Source of the DNA: Armatimonadota bacterium
GTDB lineage: Bacteria > Armatimonadota > SYMT01
Direction of reading: 5' to 3'
Assembly: GCA_041690135.1 (NCBI GenBank)
Contig: JAWLHY010000002.1
Coordinates: forward strand, 1,200,342-1,264,341
Length of the DNA stretch: 64,000 nt
The notes under the pieces are model-generated. The model was not told the DNA's origin, ran no database searches, and worked only from the letters and a program-made list of their open reading frames with translations. A program made the translations under genes and the position numbers. Positions 1-9,534 of the stretch are shown piece by piece (position 1 is the first letter of the stretch; the number at the start of each line of letters is the position of its first letter).

Positions 1-1
1 G

Positions 2-1465
2 AGCAGCCTGGCAAAGTTGCTGAATGGGCGCTGGGAACTGCCCCCGGGGAGCGAGCTTCGCAACGCCACCCTCTCTGCTGTGCCCTCGGCGCAGCGCGAA
101 GAGATCGAGTTGCTGCGCAAGGGGTTCAACGCGGCCTGCGCTCCCTGGCTGAACGTGGCTGCCCGAGCCCGCACGCAGGCGCTGGCCGAACTGAAGTCGC
201 GCACCTCCGCGGGGCGGGGCGCGGCGGCGGAGATTGACCACCTGCTGCGACGAACCGGCAAAGTGCCGGATCCCGGTCTGCAGATGTTATCCAGCCTCAG
301 CCAGGGGCAGCGCGAGCAGCTCTTGCTGAGCGGATTTCTCTACCTGCCCTTCGCCAGTATGGATGCGCGCCAGCAAGCGTTGATGCGTCTCTTCCTCCAG
401 GAGAAGGGGATGAAAGAGGCGGAGGCGCTGGCCCACCTGCAGAATGCCGGCCCCCTCTTCTATGCCGAGACGGACCCCTCTACCCTGACGCAGGCCCACT
501 TCGTGATGTGGTTCGACGGCAGCTTCCGCACGTTGACGGAACAGCCGCCCGTGACCCTTTACTCCCGCTCCGGGGGACCGGAGCGTTCGGTGCGTGCTTA
601 TCCCTACCCCGTAGCCGGCGGAGCAAGGCTGGACTACACCGCGGTGGAACGGCACCCACTGCCGCGAGAATTCCGATTCGATCCGGAAGAGGAGTATACC
701 TGGCCCACGATCCTGGAGGCCCTCTCCCGCACCACGCAGTTTGCCCTGGTTTCCGATTGCTTCCAGGCCTCGGAGGATGTGAAGCCGGTAGCCGGGCGCA
801 CTCTGCCCCAGGCCAACTTGCCGGGGGGACGGACCCTGGCGGGGGTGCTGGACGCGCTCTGCCAGCAGTACCGCCGCGTCTGGTGGGTGGAAGACGGCGC
901 GATCTTCCTGCGAGATCGGGAATGGTTCTTTCGCCGGCTGTACGAAGTGCCACCCGCGGTGGAGCAGTCGCTGGAACAGCACCTGAGCCAGCACGGAACA
1001 CTCCCGCCCGCCGGCCTGGCCCTGTTGGGACGCCTCACCAGCCGGCAGATCGAGGGCTGGAGCGTTGCCAGTGCCATGAAGGCCGGCAGCCCCATGGGAG
1101 CGCGCGGGAGCTTCTGGGGTCGGAAGGCGCAGCCTTACCTCGAGCTCTTTGCCAAATTGCCGCTGGTCAGCCAGGGGGAGGCGCACTCGGAAGGCGGTCT
1201 TCGCTTCGACCGGATGCCTCCCGCCGCGAAAACCGCGTTCATGCGGAACCTCCTCATCACCGAAGGCAACGAGGTGATGGAGAAGTTCCCGGAGGTCTAT
1301 TTGCGCATCCACCAGAGCGCTACCCCCGTTCCCGCGGGGAAACGGCAGTTGGGTCGCCTCACCCTGATGTTCACCTATGCACCGGAAGCGCGCTTCCTGG
1401 CCCGGTTCCAGATCCTTTTTCCACTTCCGGGAGGGACCCCGCAGGCCGGAGCCCCTCCCGGGTAG
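2..1465 (+). CDS. Hypothetical protein (5' end lies outside the window)
   Basis: Frame open from base 2 to TAG at 1463-1465; protein-like composition; same strand as the downstream operon. Confidence 0.75.
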   Translation, partial: SSLAKLLNGRWELPPGSELRNATLSAVPSAQREEIELLRKGFNAACAPWLNVAARARTQALAELKSRTSAGRGAAAEIDHLLRRTGKVPDPGLQMLSSLSQGQREQLLLSGFLYLPFASMDARQQALMRLFLQEKGMKEAEALAHLQNAGPLFYAETDPSTLTQAHFVMWFDGSFRTLTEQPPVTLYSRSGGPERSVRAYPYPVAGGARLDYTAVERHPLPREFRFDPEEEYTWPTILEALSRTTQFALVSDCFQASEDVKPVAGRTLPQANLPGGRTLAGVLDALCQQYRRVWWVEDGAIFLRDREWFFRRLYEVPPAVEQSLEQHLSQHGTLPPAGLALLGRLTSRQIEGWSVASAMKAGSPMGARGSFWGRKAQPYLELFAKLPLVSQGEAHSEGGLRFDRMPPAAKTAFMRNLLITEGNEVMEKFPEVYLRIHQSATPVPAGKRQLGRLTLMFTYAPEARFLARFQILFPLPGGTPQAGAPPG

Positions 1466-1583
1466 GCATCGGCCGGTAGCGCCTGCGCAGGGGGTAATGC
1501 CGCTTTCCGGAGGCTGCAGTTGGCGCTTTCTCTCGCTGCGGTGAACGAATGGTTTGCGATCTCGTCGGCCTGGAACCCAACCC

Positions 1584-2150
1584 ATGGAAAGCACACCTGT
1601 CCTTTTTGCGCTTGTTACCGGGCTGCAACTGCTGCTCGGCGGCAGTTGGCTGATGACGGCAGCCCGGAGTCGCTCCCAGGCCGGGGGCAACCGTCCGGAG
1701 ACGGCGCTGGCTCCCTGGGGCTTCCGGGAGAAACTGCGCTGCGCCGCCGAAGCCGCCACGGGGGTGTTGCTGGTGTTCGGGTTCCTCCCCGCAACGGCGG
1801 CGGGGTTGGGGTTGATCCTGGCCGGGCCGCGGTTGCTGTCCGAGGTGCGGCGCATGCGGCAGCGAGACCCGCTTCGCCACGCTCCATCCGGCGGGGCGGC
1901 TCCGGACGGTTGGGGCGTGGCATGGGCGGGCCTCTTCCTGGGCGCTCATCTCGTACTGATAGGGACACACGCCTGGGGAAACGGAGGGGGCGCATGGCTC
2001 GGCAGGCCCCACTGCCCCACCTGGCCGGAGGCGGCGCTGGCGTTGGCGCTGGTTGCGGGCGCCACGCTCTGCCTTCGGGCGCTGGAGTTCCTGGTGCGGG
2101 CTCGCGCGATCGCCCGCGGGCGGGTGGCGGGGCAGTACATGGGAATTTGA
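1584..2150 (+). CDS. MauE/DoxX-like membrane protein
   Basis: About four hydrophobic segments; 'AEAATGVLLVFG' resembles MauE/DoxX; next to MauD-like genes; ATG at 1584 chosen. Confidence 0.55.
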   Translation: MESTPVLFALVTGLQLLLGGSWLMTAARSRSQAGGNRPETALAPWGFREKLRCAAEAATGVLLVFGFLPATAAGLGLILAGPRLLSEVRRMRQRDPLRHAPSGGAAPDGWGVAWAGLFLGAHLVLIGTHAWGNGGGAWLGRPHCPTWPEAALALALVAGATLCLRALEFLVRARAIARGRVAGQYMGI

Positions 2151-2168
2151 CCGGAAGGAGAAGGCCCG

Positions 2169-2693
2169 ATGGATGGAAACGCGGGACCGCTGCTGCTGTT
2201 GCTCTGGCCGGTCGTGCTGCTGGAGGGGCTGGTGCTGCTCGTGTTGGGTCGCATCCTCTTCGGGTTGGATGCCGCGCGCCGTTCGTTTCTCCCGGCAGCC
2301 GGACCGGACCTGGGCAGCCGGCAGCCGCAGCCCCCGGCGAGCGGGGGTAACGCTGCTGCGGAACTGCGCGCCGTGTTGCTGCTCCCACGCGGCTACGGGC
2401 CCGGCGATGCTCCCGTCCGCTGGCTGGAGACCATCGGCGGGCGCTGGGGAGTGGCGCGGCTTGTTGTGCTCGCCGCGAAAGTGGCGGGCAACGGGGGGTA
2501 CCCCGGTGTAATCGGAGATCCGCAGCAGCGCTGGGCGCGGGCGTGGCATGCACCCTCCGTACCGTATGTGGTGCTTCTCGACCAGGAAGGTCGAGTCTGC
2601 GCCAAGGGGGTGGTCACTACCCCCTGGGATCTCGATCACGCCTGCCGAATGGCCGCGATGCGGTTGGATATGGCCCTCGGACGGGTGGAATAG
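2169..2693 (+). CDS. MauD-like membrane-anchored thioredoxin-fold protein (no CxxC)
   Basis: N-terminal TM 'LLWPVVLLEGLVLLVLGRIL'; C-terminal 'PYVVLLDQEGRVCAKGVV' like MauD; RBS AAGGAG upstream. Confidence 0.65.
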   Translation: MDGNAGPLLLLLWPVVLLEGLVLLVLGRILFGLDAARRSFLPAAGPDLGSRQPQPPASGGNAAAELRAVLLLPRGYGPGDAPVRWLETIGGRWGVARLVVLAAKVAGNGGYPGVIGDPQQRWARAWHAPSVPYVVLLDQEGRVCAKGVVTTPWDLDHACRMAAMRLDMALGRVE

Positions 2694-2724
2694 GGCGGCC
2701 CATGCCGCCGGGGAGACAGGCGCA

Positions 2725-3387
2725 GTGTTTATTATCACCTACACCGTGGCATGGCTGGCTAGCGTAGCGGTGGCCGCTTTGATCCTGGCGTTCCTGTGGG
2801 CGCTCGGACGCCTTCAGCAGCAAGGTGCTCCGGCCGTAGAGGACCCGGCCGGTTCCGGAGTCCAACTCGGCGCTTCCATGGTCGATCTCGGCATTCCGTG
2901 CCTTGCGGAACTGGCATGCCCCGCGGGTGGCCCCCCCGACTCCCGCACCGTGCTGCTGTTGCTCTTCCCCGGAACCCCGGAAGCGGCCGATCCGATTCTG
3001 CGCTGGACGTTGCCGCGCCTCCGGGAGAACGCCCTGCCGCTCCGGCTGCGGGTTTTCTTTTGCGAGGATGGCGAACTCACCCCGGAACTGCGCCGCGTGC
3101 TACGGGAGGGGGAGTGGTCCGCCGGTCATCCAGAACTGTCAGCGCTCACACCGCAGGGGCAGCCGGTAGTATTCGTGTTGGACCCGCAGGGCCTCTTATG
3201 CGCGCGGGGGATCCTTCGCTCCATTCGCACCCTGGATGCCCTTCTCTCCTTCCCCTCGGTGCCCTGGACCGCCAATCCAGTTCCCTCCCACTCTCCTTTG
3301 AGCTCGGTACCCCGCCCATCAGCCGGGCGTCAAGTCGAGCGGTCGCCGGCTCCCGCCCGACCGGTGAGGTCCTCCCATGCTGTTTGA
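2725..3387 (+). CDS. Second MauD-like thioredoxin-fold protein (no CxxC)
   Basis: GTG at 2725 after GGGAGA; N-terminal TM; 'PVVFVLDPQGLLCARGIL' motif. Confidence 0.55.
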   Translation: MFIITYTVAWLASVAVAALILAFLWALGRLQQQGAPAVEDPAGSGVQLGASMVDLGIPCLAELACPAGGPPDSRTVLLLLFPGTPEAADPILRWTLPRLRENALPLRLRVFFCEDGELTPELRRVLREGEWSAGHPELSALTPQGQPVVFVLDPQGLLCARGILRSIRTLDALLSFPSVPWTANPVPSHSPLSSVPRPSAGRQVERSPAPARPVRSSHAV

Positions 3388-5245
3388 TCTGCAAAGCGAC
3401 TCGTTGAATACCTTCCTTCCCGGGGCGTCGTACGGGATGTTGTGGCTGGTCCTGCTGTTCAACGTGGCCATGGCCGCGGCGCTCGCTCGGCTACTGCTGC
3501 GGGTACGGAACCGCTGGGATGAAGCCGCGCCCGTTCCCGCCGACCCGGCGAAACCTTCCGCGGTGCCCGTGCCGCCCCCGGTGAGTGCTCCGCCACCAGC
3601 GGACACCGCCCTCCGGGCCGCAGGTAAGGCTCGTTCCAATGGAGCGCGGCACGAGGGGGAGAGCAATATCCGGACGGTTCGGACGCCCCCGGAGTCACCC
3701 CGCTCGCGGAATGGGTCGGGGCATCAAATGGCGCTCCGGTATCCGGCGTTGCCGCGCAGCCGCCGCCTCGACACCGTTTCCGTGATCATTCCCACGGCCG
3801 ATTCTCCGGACCTGTTGCTCACCTGCCTCAGCACGCTCCGCCAGGCGCAGGGCTACCTGGGACTGGAGATTCTCTGCGTGTTCTCCGAGCCGGCGCGGCA
3901 GTCGCAGCCGATCTGCAGCCGGTACGACGCCCGGATGCTCCAGGCGAAGGGGCCGTTCTGCTTCTCCAAGAGCACCAACCTGGGCCTGCGCCATGCGACC
4001 GCTCCGGCCTGCCTGCTCCTGAACAACGACGTGACATGGCACCGGCACGGGGACCTGGAGCGGTTGGTCCGGAGGCTGGAGCAGCACCCGGAACTGGCGG
4101 CCCTGGGGCCGGTGAGCGACAACATCGGGAGCGAGCACCAGAAGCGGGACGGTCCGGACCCGGCAGGCGGCCTCATCGACCCGCGCTACGCCCTGATCGG
4201 GCACTGCGTGCTCTTCCGGCGCGAGTTGCTGGAAGGCGTCGGTAATTTCGACGAAGCGTTCCAGAACTACGGTTACGATGAGGTCGACTGGTTCTGGCGC
4301 CTGCGCCGGCAGGGTTACCGGTGGGCGGTCGATGAGACGGTATGGGTCCACCACGCCGGCACCGCCTCCTTCTCTTCCTCGGACGTGCGCGACGGGATCG
4401 GTCAGAGCCGCGCGTTGTTTACCCGCAAATGGGATGTGGACCCCATTGCTCCCGGCGTTTGGGACTGGCCCGCTCCGCTCGTCTCGATCGTGATGTCTTC
4501 CCACAACTGCGGACCGTGGCTGGACCGGTGCATGCAGAGCATCCGCGCGTGCGGCCTCACCGACTACGAGGTGGTGGTGGCCGACGACGGCAGTACCGAT
4601 GAGACCGTCTCCATTCTGCGGCGCTGGAGCTCGCTGTTGCCGCTGAAGTTCGCGGCTTTCAGCAAAGCGGAGAACGTGGCGCGGGCGAAGAACCGGGCGC
4701 TGCGGATGGCGTCGGGAAGGTACATCGCGCTGATGGATGCGGACGACGAGATCCACCCGGACCGGATTCCGCTGCTGTTTGCCGCATTACGGGACACGGG
4801 AGCGGATTTCGCCTACGGTGGTTTTGAGATCCGCCGCACCTTCGGAGAGGAGCAGCACGCCGTGATCAGCGCCGCGCGGTGGGACGCGGAGCAGTACGCC
4901 ACCACGGAGACGAACTGGGTGTGCCCCTGCGCCACGCTGTACCGGCGCAGCGTCCTGGAGGCGGGCCTCTTGTTCGACGAGTCGCTTCCGGCGTTCGAGG
5001 ACTACGAGTGGGTGCTGGCCACCAGCCGCGCCGGCTTCCGGATTACGGCGGTCCCCGGTCCCCCCTGCCACATCTACCACCAGCGAGGGAACACCACGCT
5101 CAACAGCTACGAGTGGCTTGCCTTGCGGGACGGAATTCGCGCCAAGCACGCCCTCCCGCAGCCGCCCGCAACCCTGGCCGACAACGGTCGGTTCGCCCAT
5201 GAGGAGAAAAACGGTGCGTCGACTTTTCGTCATCCCGGTCAATGA
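3377..5245 (+). CDS. Two-domain family 2 glycosyltransferase with N-terminal TM and Pro-rich linker
   Basis: Two GT-A domains: VSVIIPT...LLLNNDV...FDEAF..YGYDEVD and VSIVMSSHN...VADDGSTD...ALMDADD...FEDYEW; alternative start ATG 3728. Confidence 0.85.
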   Translation: MLFDLQSDSLNTFLPGASYGMLWLVLLFNVAMAAALARLLLRVRNRWDEAAPVPADPAKPSAVPVPPPVSAPPPADTALRAAGKARSNGARHEGESNIRTVRTPPESPRSRNGSGHQMALRYPALPRSRRLDTVSVIIPTADSPDLLLTCLSTLRQAQGYLGLEILCVFSEPARQSQPICSRYDARMLQAKGPFCFSKSTNLGLRHATAPACLLLNNDVTWHRHGDLERLVRRLEQHPELAALGPVSDNIGSEHQKRDGPDPAGGLIDPRYALIGHCVLFRRELLEGVGNFDEAFQNYGYDEVDWFWRLRRQGYRWAVDETVWVHHAGTASFSSSDVRDGIGQSRALFTRKWDVDPIAPGVWDWPAPLVSIVMSSHNCGPWLDRCMQSIRACGLTDYEVVVADDGSTDETVSILRRWSSLLPLKFAAFSKAENVARAKNRALRMASGRYIALMDADDEIHPDRIPLLFAALRDTGADFAYGGFEIRRTFGEEQHAVISAARWDAEQYATTETNWVCPCATLYRRSVLEAGLLFDESLPAFEDYEWVLATSRAGFRITAVPGPPCHIYHQRGNTTLNSYEWLALRDGIRAKHALPQPPATLADNGRFAHEEKNGASTFRHPGQ

Positions 5246-6104
5246 GTGCGCTTTCCAGGCTCGACGTCGCGAAGAGGTCCAAACAACACGACTGGCACTC
5301 TTGCAGCTGGCACTGGCGGCGATCCGCGCGCATGTGCCGCCCGGCCCTCTCCACCTGATGGTGGTCGCCTCCCAGACCTGCCCCGAAACCACCGAGTTCT
5401 TGCAGCAGGCTTATCGCGACGGCCGTATTCAAGACCTGGTGCTCTCCACGGCGAACATCGAGCACGGGATCGCCATGGATATTGCGACGCATCACGGCGT
5501 GAGCCGCTGGCACGACGTCTTCTACTGCCAGGATATGGACGTGGAGCTCCTCTCCGGCGACCTGATCGAGGGGGTGGAGACCCGCATCCTCCGGAAGCAG
5601 GCGGACGTGTTGTTCGACAGCCTCACCCCCATCACCCACTACGGGCACCAGGTCGTGCCTGCCCGCCCGCTCTGCTGCATGCTGGCCGGATCCTGCGCTC
5701 GTCGGGTGCGGTATCCCGTCACCTTCGAACACATCCAGGGAGAGATCGAGGGCCGCGACCGCTCGCCGCTCCGGCTGGACCGGATGTGGGGAGAGTGCGC
5801 GCGCGCCATCCGTCGGAACGACCCCGGCTGGGCCGGTGGGAAGGGGGCTCGAGAGTTTCATACCGACACCGGCTACGCCTTCATGCGCCTGGCGCCGCTG
5901 TGGGGGATGAAGGTGCTGCCGCTGCCCGAAGAGCTGCGCGATTGCTATGTCCACCGCGGCTATCTCTCCCCCCGATACGGGCTCTCGGATATCACTTACG
6001 GCGGTCGGTCGGTCGCGGAGCACCTGGACGAGGCCTGCACCCGGCTACGGGAGGTGTACGGGGAAGAGCCGGCATCCGGTTTGCGCGTGGCGTGCGTTCG
6101 GTGA
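5199..6104 (+). CDS. Hypothetical protein, possibly a divergent GT-A fold
   Basis: Overlaps the GT2 gene in the operon; DxD motif 'QDMDVE', 'NIEHGIAMD', 'HTDTG'. Confidence 0.6.
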   Translation: MRRKTVRRLFVIPVNECAFQARRREEVQTTRLALLQLALAAIRAHVPPGPLHLMVVASQTCPETTEFLQQAYRDGRIQDLVLSTANIEHGIAMDIATHHGVSRWHDVFYCQDMDVELLSGDLIEGVETRILRKQADVLFDSLTPITHYGHQVVPARPLCCMLAGSCARRVRYPVTFEHIQGEIEGRDRSPLRLDRMWGECARAIRRNDPGWAGGKGAREFHTDTGYAFMRLAPLWGMKVLPLPEELRDCYVHRGYLSPRYGLSDITYGGRSVAEHLDEACTRLREVYGEEPASGLRVACVR

Positions 6105-6125
6105 GGGGAGGAGAACCCGATTACC

Positions 6126-7169
6126 ATGCGAGTGGGTCACTTCATTTGCGGGCTGAACCCGTTCGGCACGGAACGCGTGCTGGAGACGCTGCTGCGCCAT
6201 CGCGGTCCCGCCTTCTCCGACCAGTTCGTGGTGAGCTACTGGGACGGCCCGATGCGCGCCGCGTACGAAGCGCTGGGAGTGCCGGTGCGGGTCTCGCGTG
6301 AGGAAGAGGACCTCCGCCGGTGGCTGGCGGAGGCAGACCTTGTCAACGTGCACCTGCTCTTCGCGTCGCAATTGCCCCCGGCGCTCGCCGGTGATTTCTG
6401 CCGGCCGCGGATCATCACCATCCATTGGGCGGCGCCGTTCCCGCCGGACTGTGCCGATCACTTCATCCCTACTTCCGCCGCCGCCCATGTGTTGCAGTCC
6501 GATCCGACCCGGTGCACCCTGATCGAGAATGGCGTGGACCTGGACCGGTTCGACGGCCGGCGAAAGTGGGCTTGGCGCTGCGCCATCACGCGGGTTTCGC
6601 GGCCGGAGAAGTGCGCGGAGTTCTTCTGGGAGGGACTAACGCCGGTGCTGGAGCGCCACCGCCGGGTCGAGCTCTGGCTCGTGGGTACGGAAGAATCGGA
6701 GGGGCCGGCACACGGGCGGGTTCGGCCTCTCGGCGTCGTCAGCGACGTAGCCGAGGTGCTCGCCCGCAGCCGCCTCTTCGTGCACACGCCCCGCCCTGGC
6801 GAGGGGGCCAAGGATCTCTCGGTGATGGAAGCGATGGCTATGGGTCTTCCTTGCGTGGGGAGCGACGTGCCGTGCGTCCGGGAGTCCGCGGGTGAGGGGA
6901 GTGGGGTATTGCTGGTTCCCTACAACGACGGTGCTGCGCTGGGGGCGGCCGTGGATCGGCTGCTGCGGGACTGGATGGAGGCGTCCCAGCGAGGCAAGGC
7001 GGCCCGGCGTTACGCCGTGGAGCACTTCGACATGCGCCCGCGGGTGCGTATGTACGAGCGGGTGTATGAAAAGGTCGCGCTGGCATCCGGGCGGATCACG
7101 GGCGGCGCCGCGTCGGAGGTGGGTCATCTAGCCGGCCCATCGGAAGCAGTGCTCACTGCATCCGGATAG
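6126..7169 (+). CDS. Family 4 glycosyltransferase
   Basis: GT-B motifs 'IENGVDLDRF' and 'SVMEAMAMGLPCVGSDV'; RBS GGAGGAG. Confidence 0.9.
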   Translation: MRVGHFICGLNPFGTERVLETLLRHRGPAFSDQFVVSYWDGPMRAAYEALGVPVRVSREEEDLRRWLAEADLVNVHLLFASQLPPALAGDFCRPRIITIHWAAPFPPDCADHFIPTSAAAHVLQSDPTRCTLIENGVDLDRFDGRRKWAWRCAITRVSRPEKCAEFFWEGLTPVLERHRRVELWLVGTEESEGPAHGRVRPLGVVSDVAEVLARSRLFVHTPRPGEGAKDLSVMEAMAMGLPCVGSDVPCVRESAGEGSGVLLVPYNDGAALGAAVDRLLRDWMEASQRGKAARRYAVEHFDMRPRVRMYERVYEKVALASGRITGGAASEVGHLAGPSEAVLTASG

Positions 7170-7213
7170 GGCAGGCTATGACACAAACAGTCCAGCCGTA
7201 ACGCAACAGGCGT

Positions 7214-8020
7214 TTACCCGGCGAACAGTCGCGGATACTCCGCGGCCATCTGGAGCAGTTCGTCGTTCGAATAGGTCCTTCGCACCACCGGCCGCCACTC
7301 GTTGGAAGAGAGCGAGAGATCCCAGGGGCAGATAGAGCGCACCCAGTCCAGGTGATCGCTCAACTGGCCGGTCTCCGGATCTCGGCGGGTGTAGTGGATG
7401 ATCTGGCAGTTATGGATGCGATCGTGCGGATCTTCGGACCCCAGGAGGCGGTCCATGTCGCGGATCAACAGCCGCTCGATCAGGTGCCGCGCCTCCCACA
7501 GCACGCCTTCGTGGCTCACCACCAGCGCCCGCTGCATCGCGTACTTGCGGTGCAGGATCTGCTGAATGCGGTCCCACTTCAGGGAGATATCCTCGAAGCC
7601 CTCACCTTGCGCCGCCCTCCACAGGTACGGGTAGCGCTTCCGCATTTCCAACGAGGCCCCGAAGCGCTCCACCTTCTCCTTATGAGGCAGCACCTCAAGC
7701 TCGCCGAGGCTACGCTCGCGGAGGTAGAGGTACGGATGCCACTGGGCGCCCGGAATTTCCAGGTAGGCCGCCGTCTCCATGGCGCGCACCCACTCCGAGG
7801 TGAGGTGGACATCGAAGGGTAGCTTCGCCTCCCGGCGCAGGAACTCTCCCGCCGCTTTAGCCTGCTCGATGCCCCGGTCCGTGAGGTGCCACTCCGAGCT
7901 GTGCCGGCTCAGGTGTTCGGGGGTGAACAGGCTATCATCCCCGGCGCGCGACCGCCGGTTGACCAGGTTTCCTTCGGATTCGCCGTGACGGACCAGGTAG
8001 AGATCTTCCGGCATGGGCAT
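7214..8020 (-). CDS. Histidine phosphatase / phosphoglycerate mutase family protein
   Basis: 'LVRHGESEGN' and 'VVSHEG' motifs; RBS AAGGAG before ATG 8020. Confidence 0.9.
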   Translation of the reverse strand: MPMPEDLYLVRHGESEGNLVNRRSRAGDDSLFTPEHLSRHSSEWHLTDRGIEQAKAAGEFLRREAKLPFDVHLTSEWVRAMETAAYLEIPGAQWHPYLYLRERSLGELEVLPHKEKVERFGASLEMRKRYPYLWRAAQGEGFEDISLKWDRIQQILHRKYAMQRALVVSHEGVLWEARHLIERLLIRDMDRLLGSEDPHDRIHNCQIIHYTRRDPETGQLSDHLDWVRSICPWDLSLSSNEWRPVVRRTYSNDELLQMAAEYPRLFAG

Positions 8021-8098
8021 GATTGCACTCCTTTTCCAACAAGCCTTCAGTTCTCTAACGAGCAAAGGACAGCTTCGGTTCGCATTTGCCGGCAGTTA

Positions 8099-8137
8099 TA
8101 TTTAGGTATTGACCTAAGTATCTGGCGGTGTTAGAGT
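8099..8137 (+). promoter_or_regulatory. Sigma70-like promoter overlapped by a palindromic operator (likely ArsR site)
   Basis: TTGACC (8109-8114), 17 bp, TAGAGT (8132-8137); inverted repeat TATTTAGGT-N4-ACCTAAGTA covers the -35. Confidence 0.6.
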
Positions 8138-8201
8138 GCGGATGGCGGTACTTGCCGGGTGAACGGCAAGTCGCCGGCCGTGCGAGGGGAGGAGGGTTTC
8201 G

Positions 8202-8540
8202 ATGACCGAAGTGATGGAGCCGATCGATCAGGTGTTTCGGGCGCTGTCCGACCCGACGCGCCGGCAGGTGCTGGCGCGGCTGAGCCGCAGCCCGGCCTCC
8301 GTAAGCGAGCTGGCGCAGCCGTTCGACATGGCCCTTCCTTCGTTCGTCCAGCACCTCCGCGTTCTGGAAGAGAGTGGTCTCGTGCGCTCCGCGAAGCGGG
8401 GCCGGGTTCGCACCTACCGGATCGCCCCGCAGCGCATGAAACTCGCGGAAGACTGGCTCGCCGAGCAGCGCCAGTTGTGGGAGCGCCGCCTCGACCAGCT
8501 CGACGCCTACCTGCTCGAACTCAAGGAGAAGAGTGAATGA
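8202..8540 (+). CDS. ArsR/SmtB family transcriptional regulator
   Basis: '[13 protein letters not shown]...VSELAQPF...[15 protein letters not shown]' winged HTH. Confidence 0.93.
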   Translation: MTEVMEPIDQVFRALSDPTRRQVLARLSRSPASVSELAQPFDMALPSFVQHLRVLEESGLVRSAKRGRVRTYRIAPQRMKLAEDWLAEQRQLWERRLDQLDAYLLELKEKSE

Positions 8541-9049
8541 AACAGACCCCTCTGTCGGTACCGGACCCGGCCCTCGACCTGGTTCTGGAGCGTGTGATCG
8601 ACGTCCCGCGTGAGCTGGTGTGGGCCGCCTGGACCCAGCCCGAGCATGTCCGCGAATGGTTTACCCCGCGGCCCTGGACGGTCTCGGAGTGCGAGATCGA
8701 TCTCCGTCCCGGCGGGATCTTCCGCACGGTGATGTGCGGACCGGAAGGGGAAAGGTTTACGAACGTCGGCTGCTACCTGGAGGTGGTCCCGAACGAGCGG
8801 CTGGTCTGGACCGACGCCCTGCATCCGGGCTACCGCCCCGCGCCGGCCCAATCCGAGGGCTGCGGACTGTGCGGCTTCTTCACGGCGATTGTGGAGCTGC
8901 GGCCGGAAGGCGCCGGCACCCGGTACATCGCCACGGCACTGCACGCGGACGAGGCCGGCCGCCAGCAGCATGAGGAGATGGGCTTCTACGACGGGTGGGG
9001 TGCCGCCCTCGACCAACTCGTGGAGCTAGTCAAGCGCATGCAGCAGTAA
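8537..9049 (+). CDS. SRPBCC (Aha1-like) family protein
   Basis: '[17 protein letters not shown]...DLRPGG...[11 protein letters not shown]'; ATGA coupling to arsR. Confidence 0.92.
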   Translation: MKQTPLSVPDPALDLVLERVIDVPRELVWAAWTQPEHVREWFTPRPWTVSECEIDLRPGGIFRTVMCGPEGERFTNVGCYLEVVPNERLVWTDALHPGYRPAPAQSEGCGLCGFFTAIVELRPEGAGTRYIATALHADEAGRQQHEEMGFYDGWGAALDQLVELVKRMQQ

Positions 9050-9061
9050 CTTCTGGCTTGT

Positions 9062-9092
9062 CCCCGGCACCGGACGCTCTCCGGTGCCGGGG
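9062..9092 (+). terminator. GC-rich hairpin after the SRPBCC gene
   Basis: CCCCGGCACCGGA-cgctc-TCCGGTGCCGGGG; no U-tract. Confidence 0.4.
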
Positions 9093-9534
9093 CAGCCCTG
9101 GGGTGCCGCACGAATTATTCAGATATTCACCAGTCCCCTCGCGATCCTAGCTGGCCCTGCCGTTTGCCTTGCCCACCCGTACCTACCTTCTGCCCCAGGC
9201 GGGAGTCCCGACGACAGTCGGGTGCTTGCGACCTCCGCCCGCTGCTCCTGTCCTGCCAGCCGCAGTCAGACTCTGCCCCCTCACGGAGTCCCGGCTTCAG
9301 CCGGTTAGCTTGCGACCTTTGCCCCAGTTGCCCGTCCTGAGCCTCCGCAGCCATCTCGCTCCCGGCCCGCCACCTCGTACACGATGTCCCCTGCGTCCGG
9401 TCCTGCCTTCCCAGGATACGGCGCTCAGCCTATCTGGAGGCAGGTGCCGTGCGTCCTTTCCTCGAACTGCGCTCAGAGGGTGCCGCTCCTCCTCCGGAGC
9501 CGCACCTGGAGATCTCGAGAAAGCAGGTACCAGG

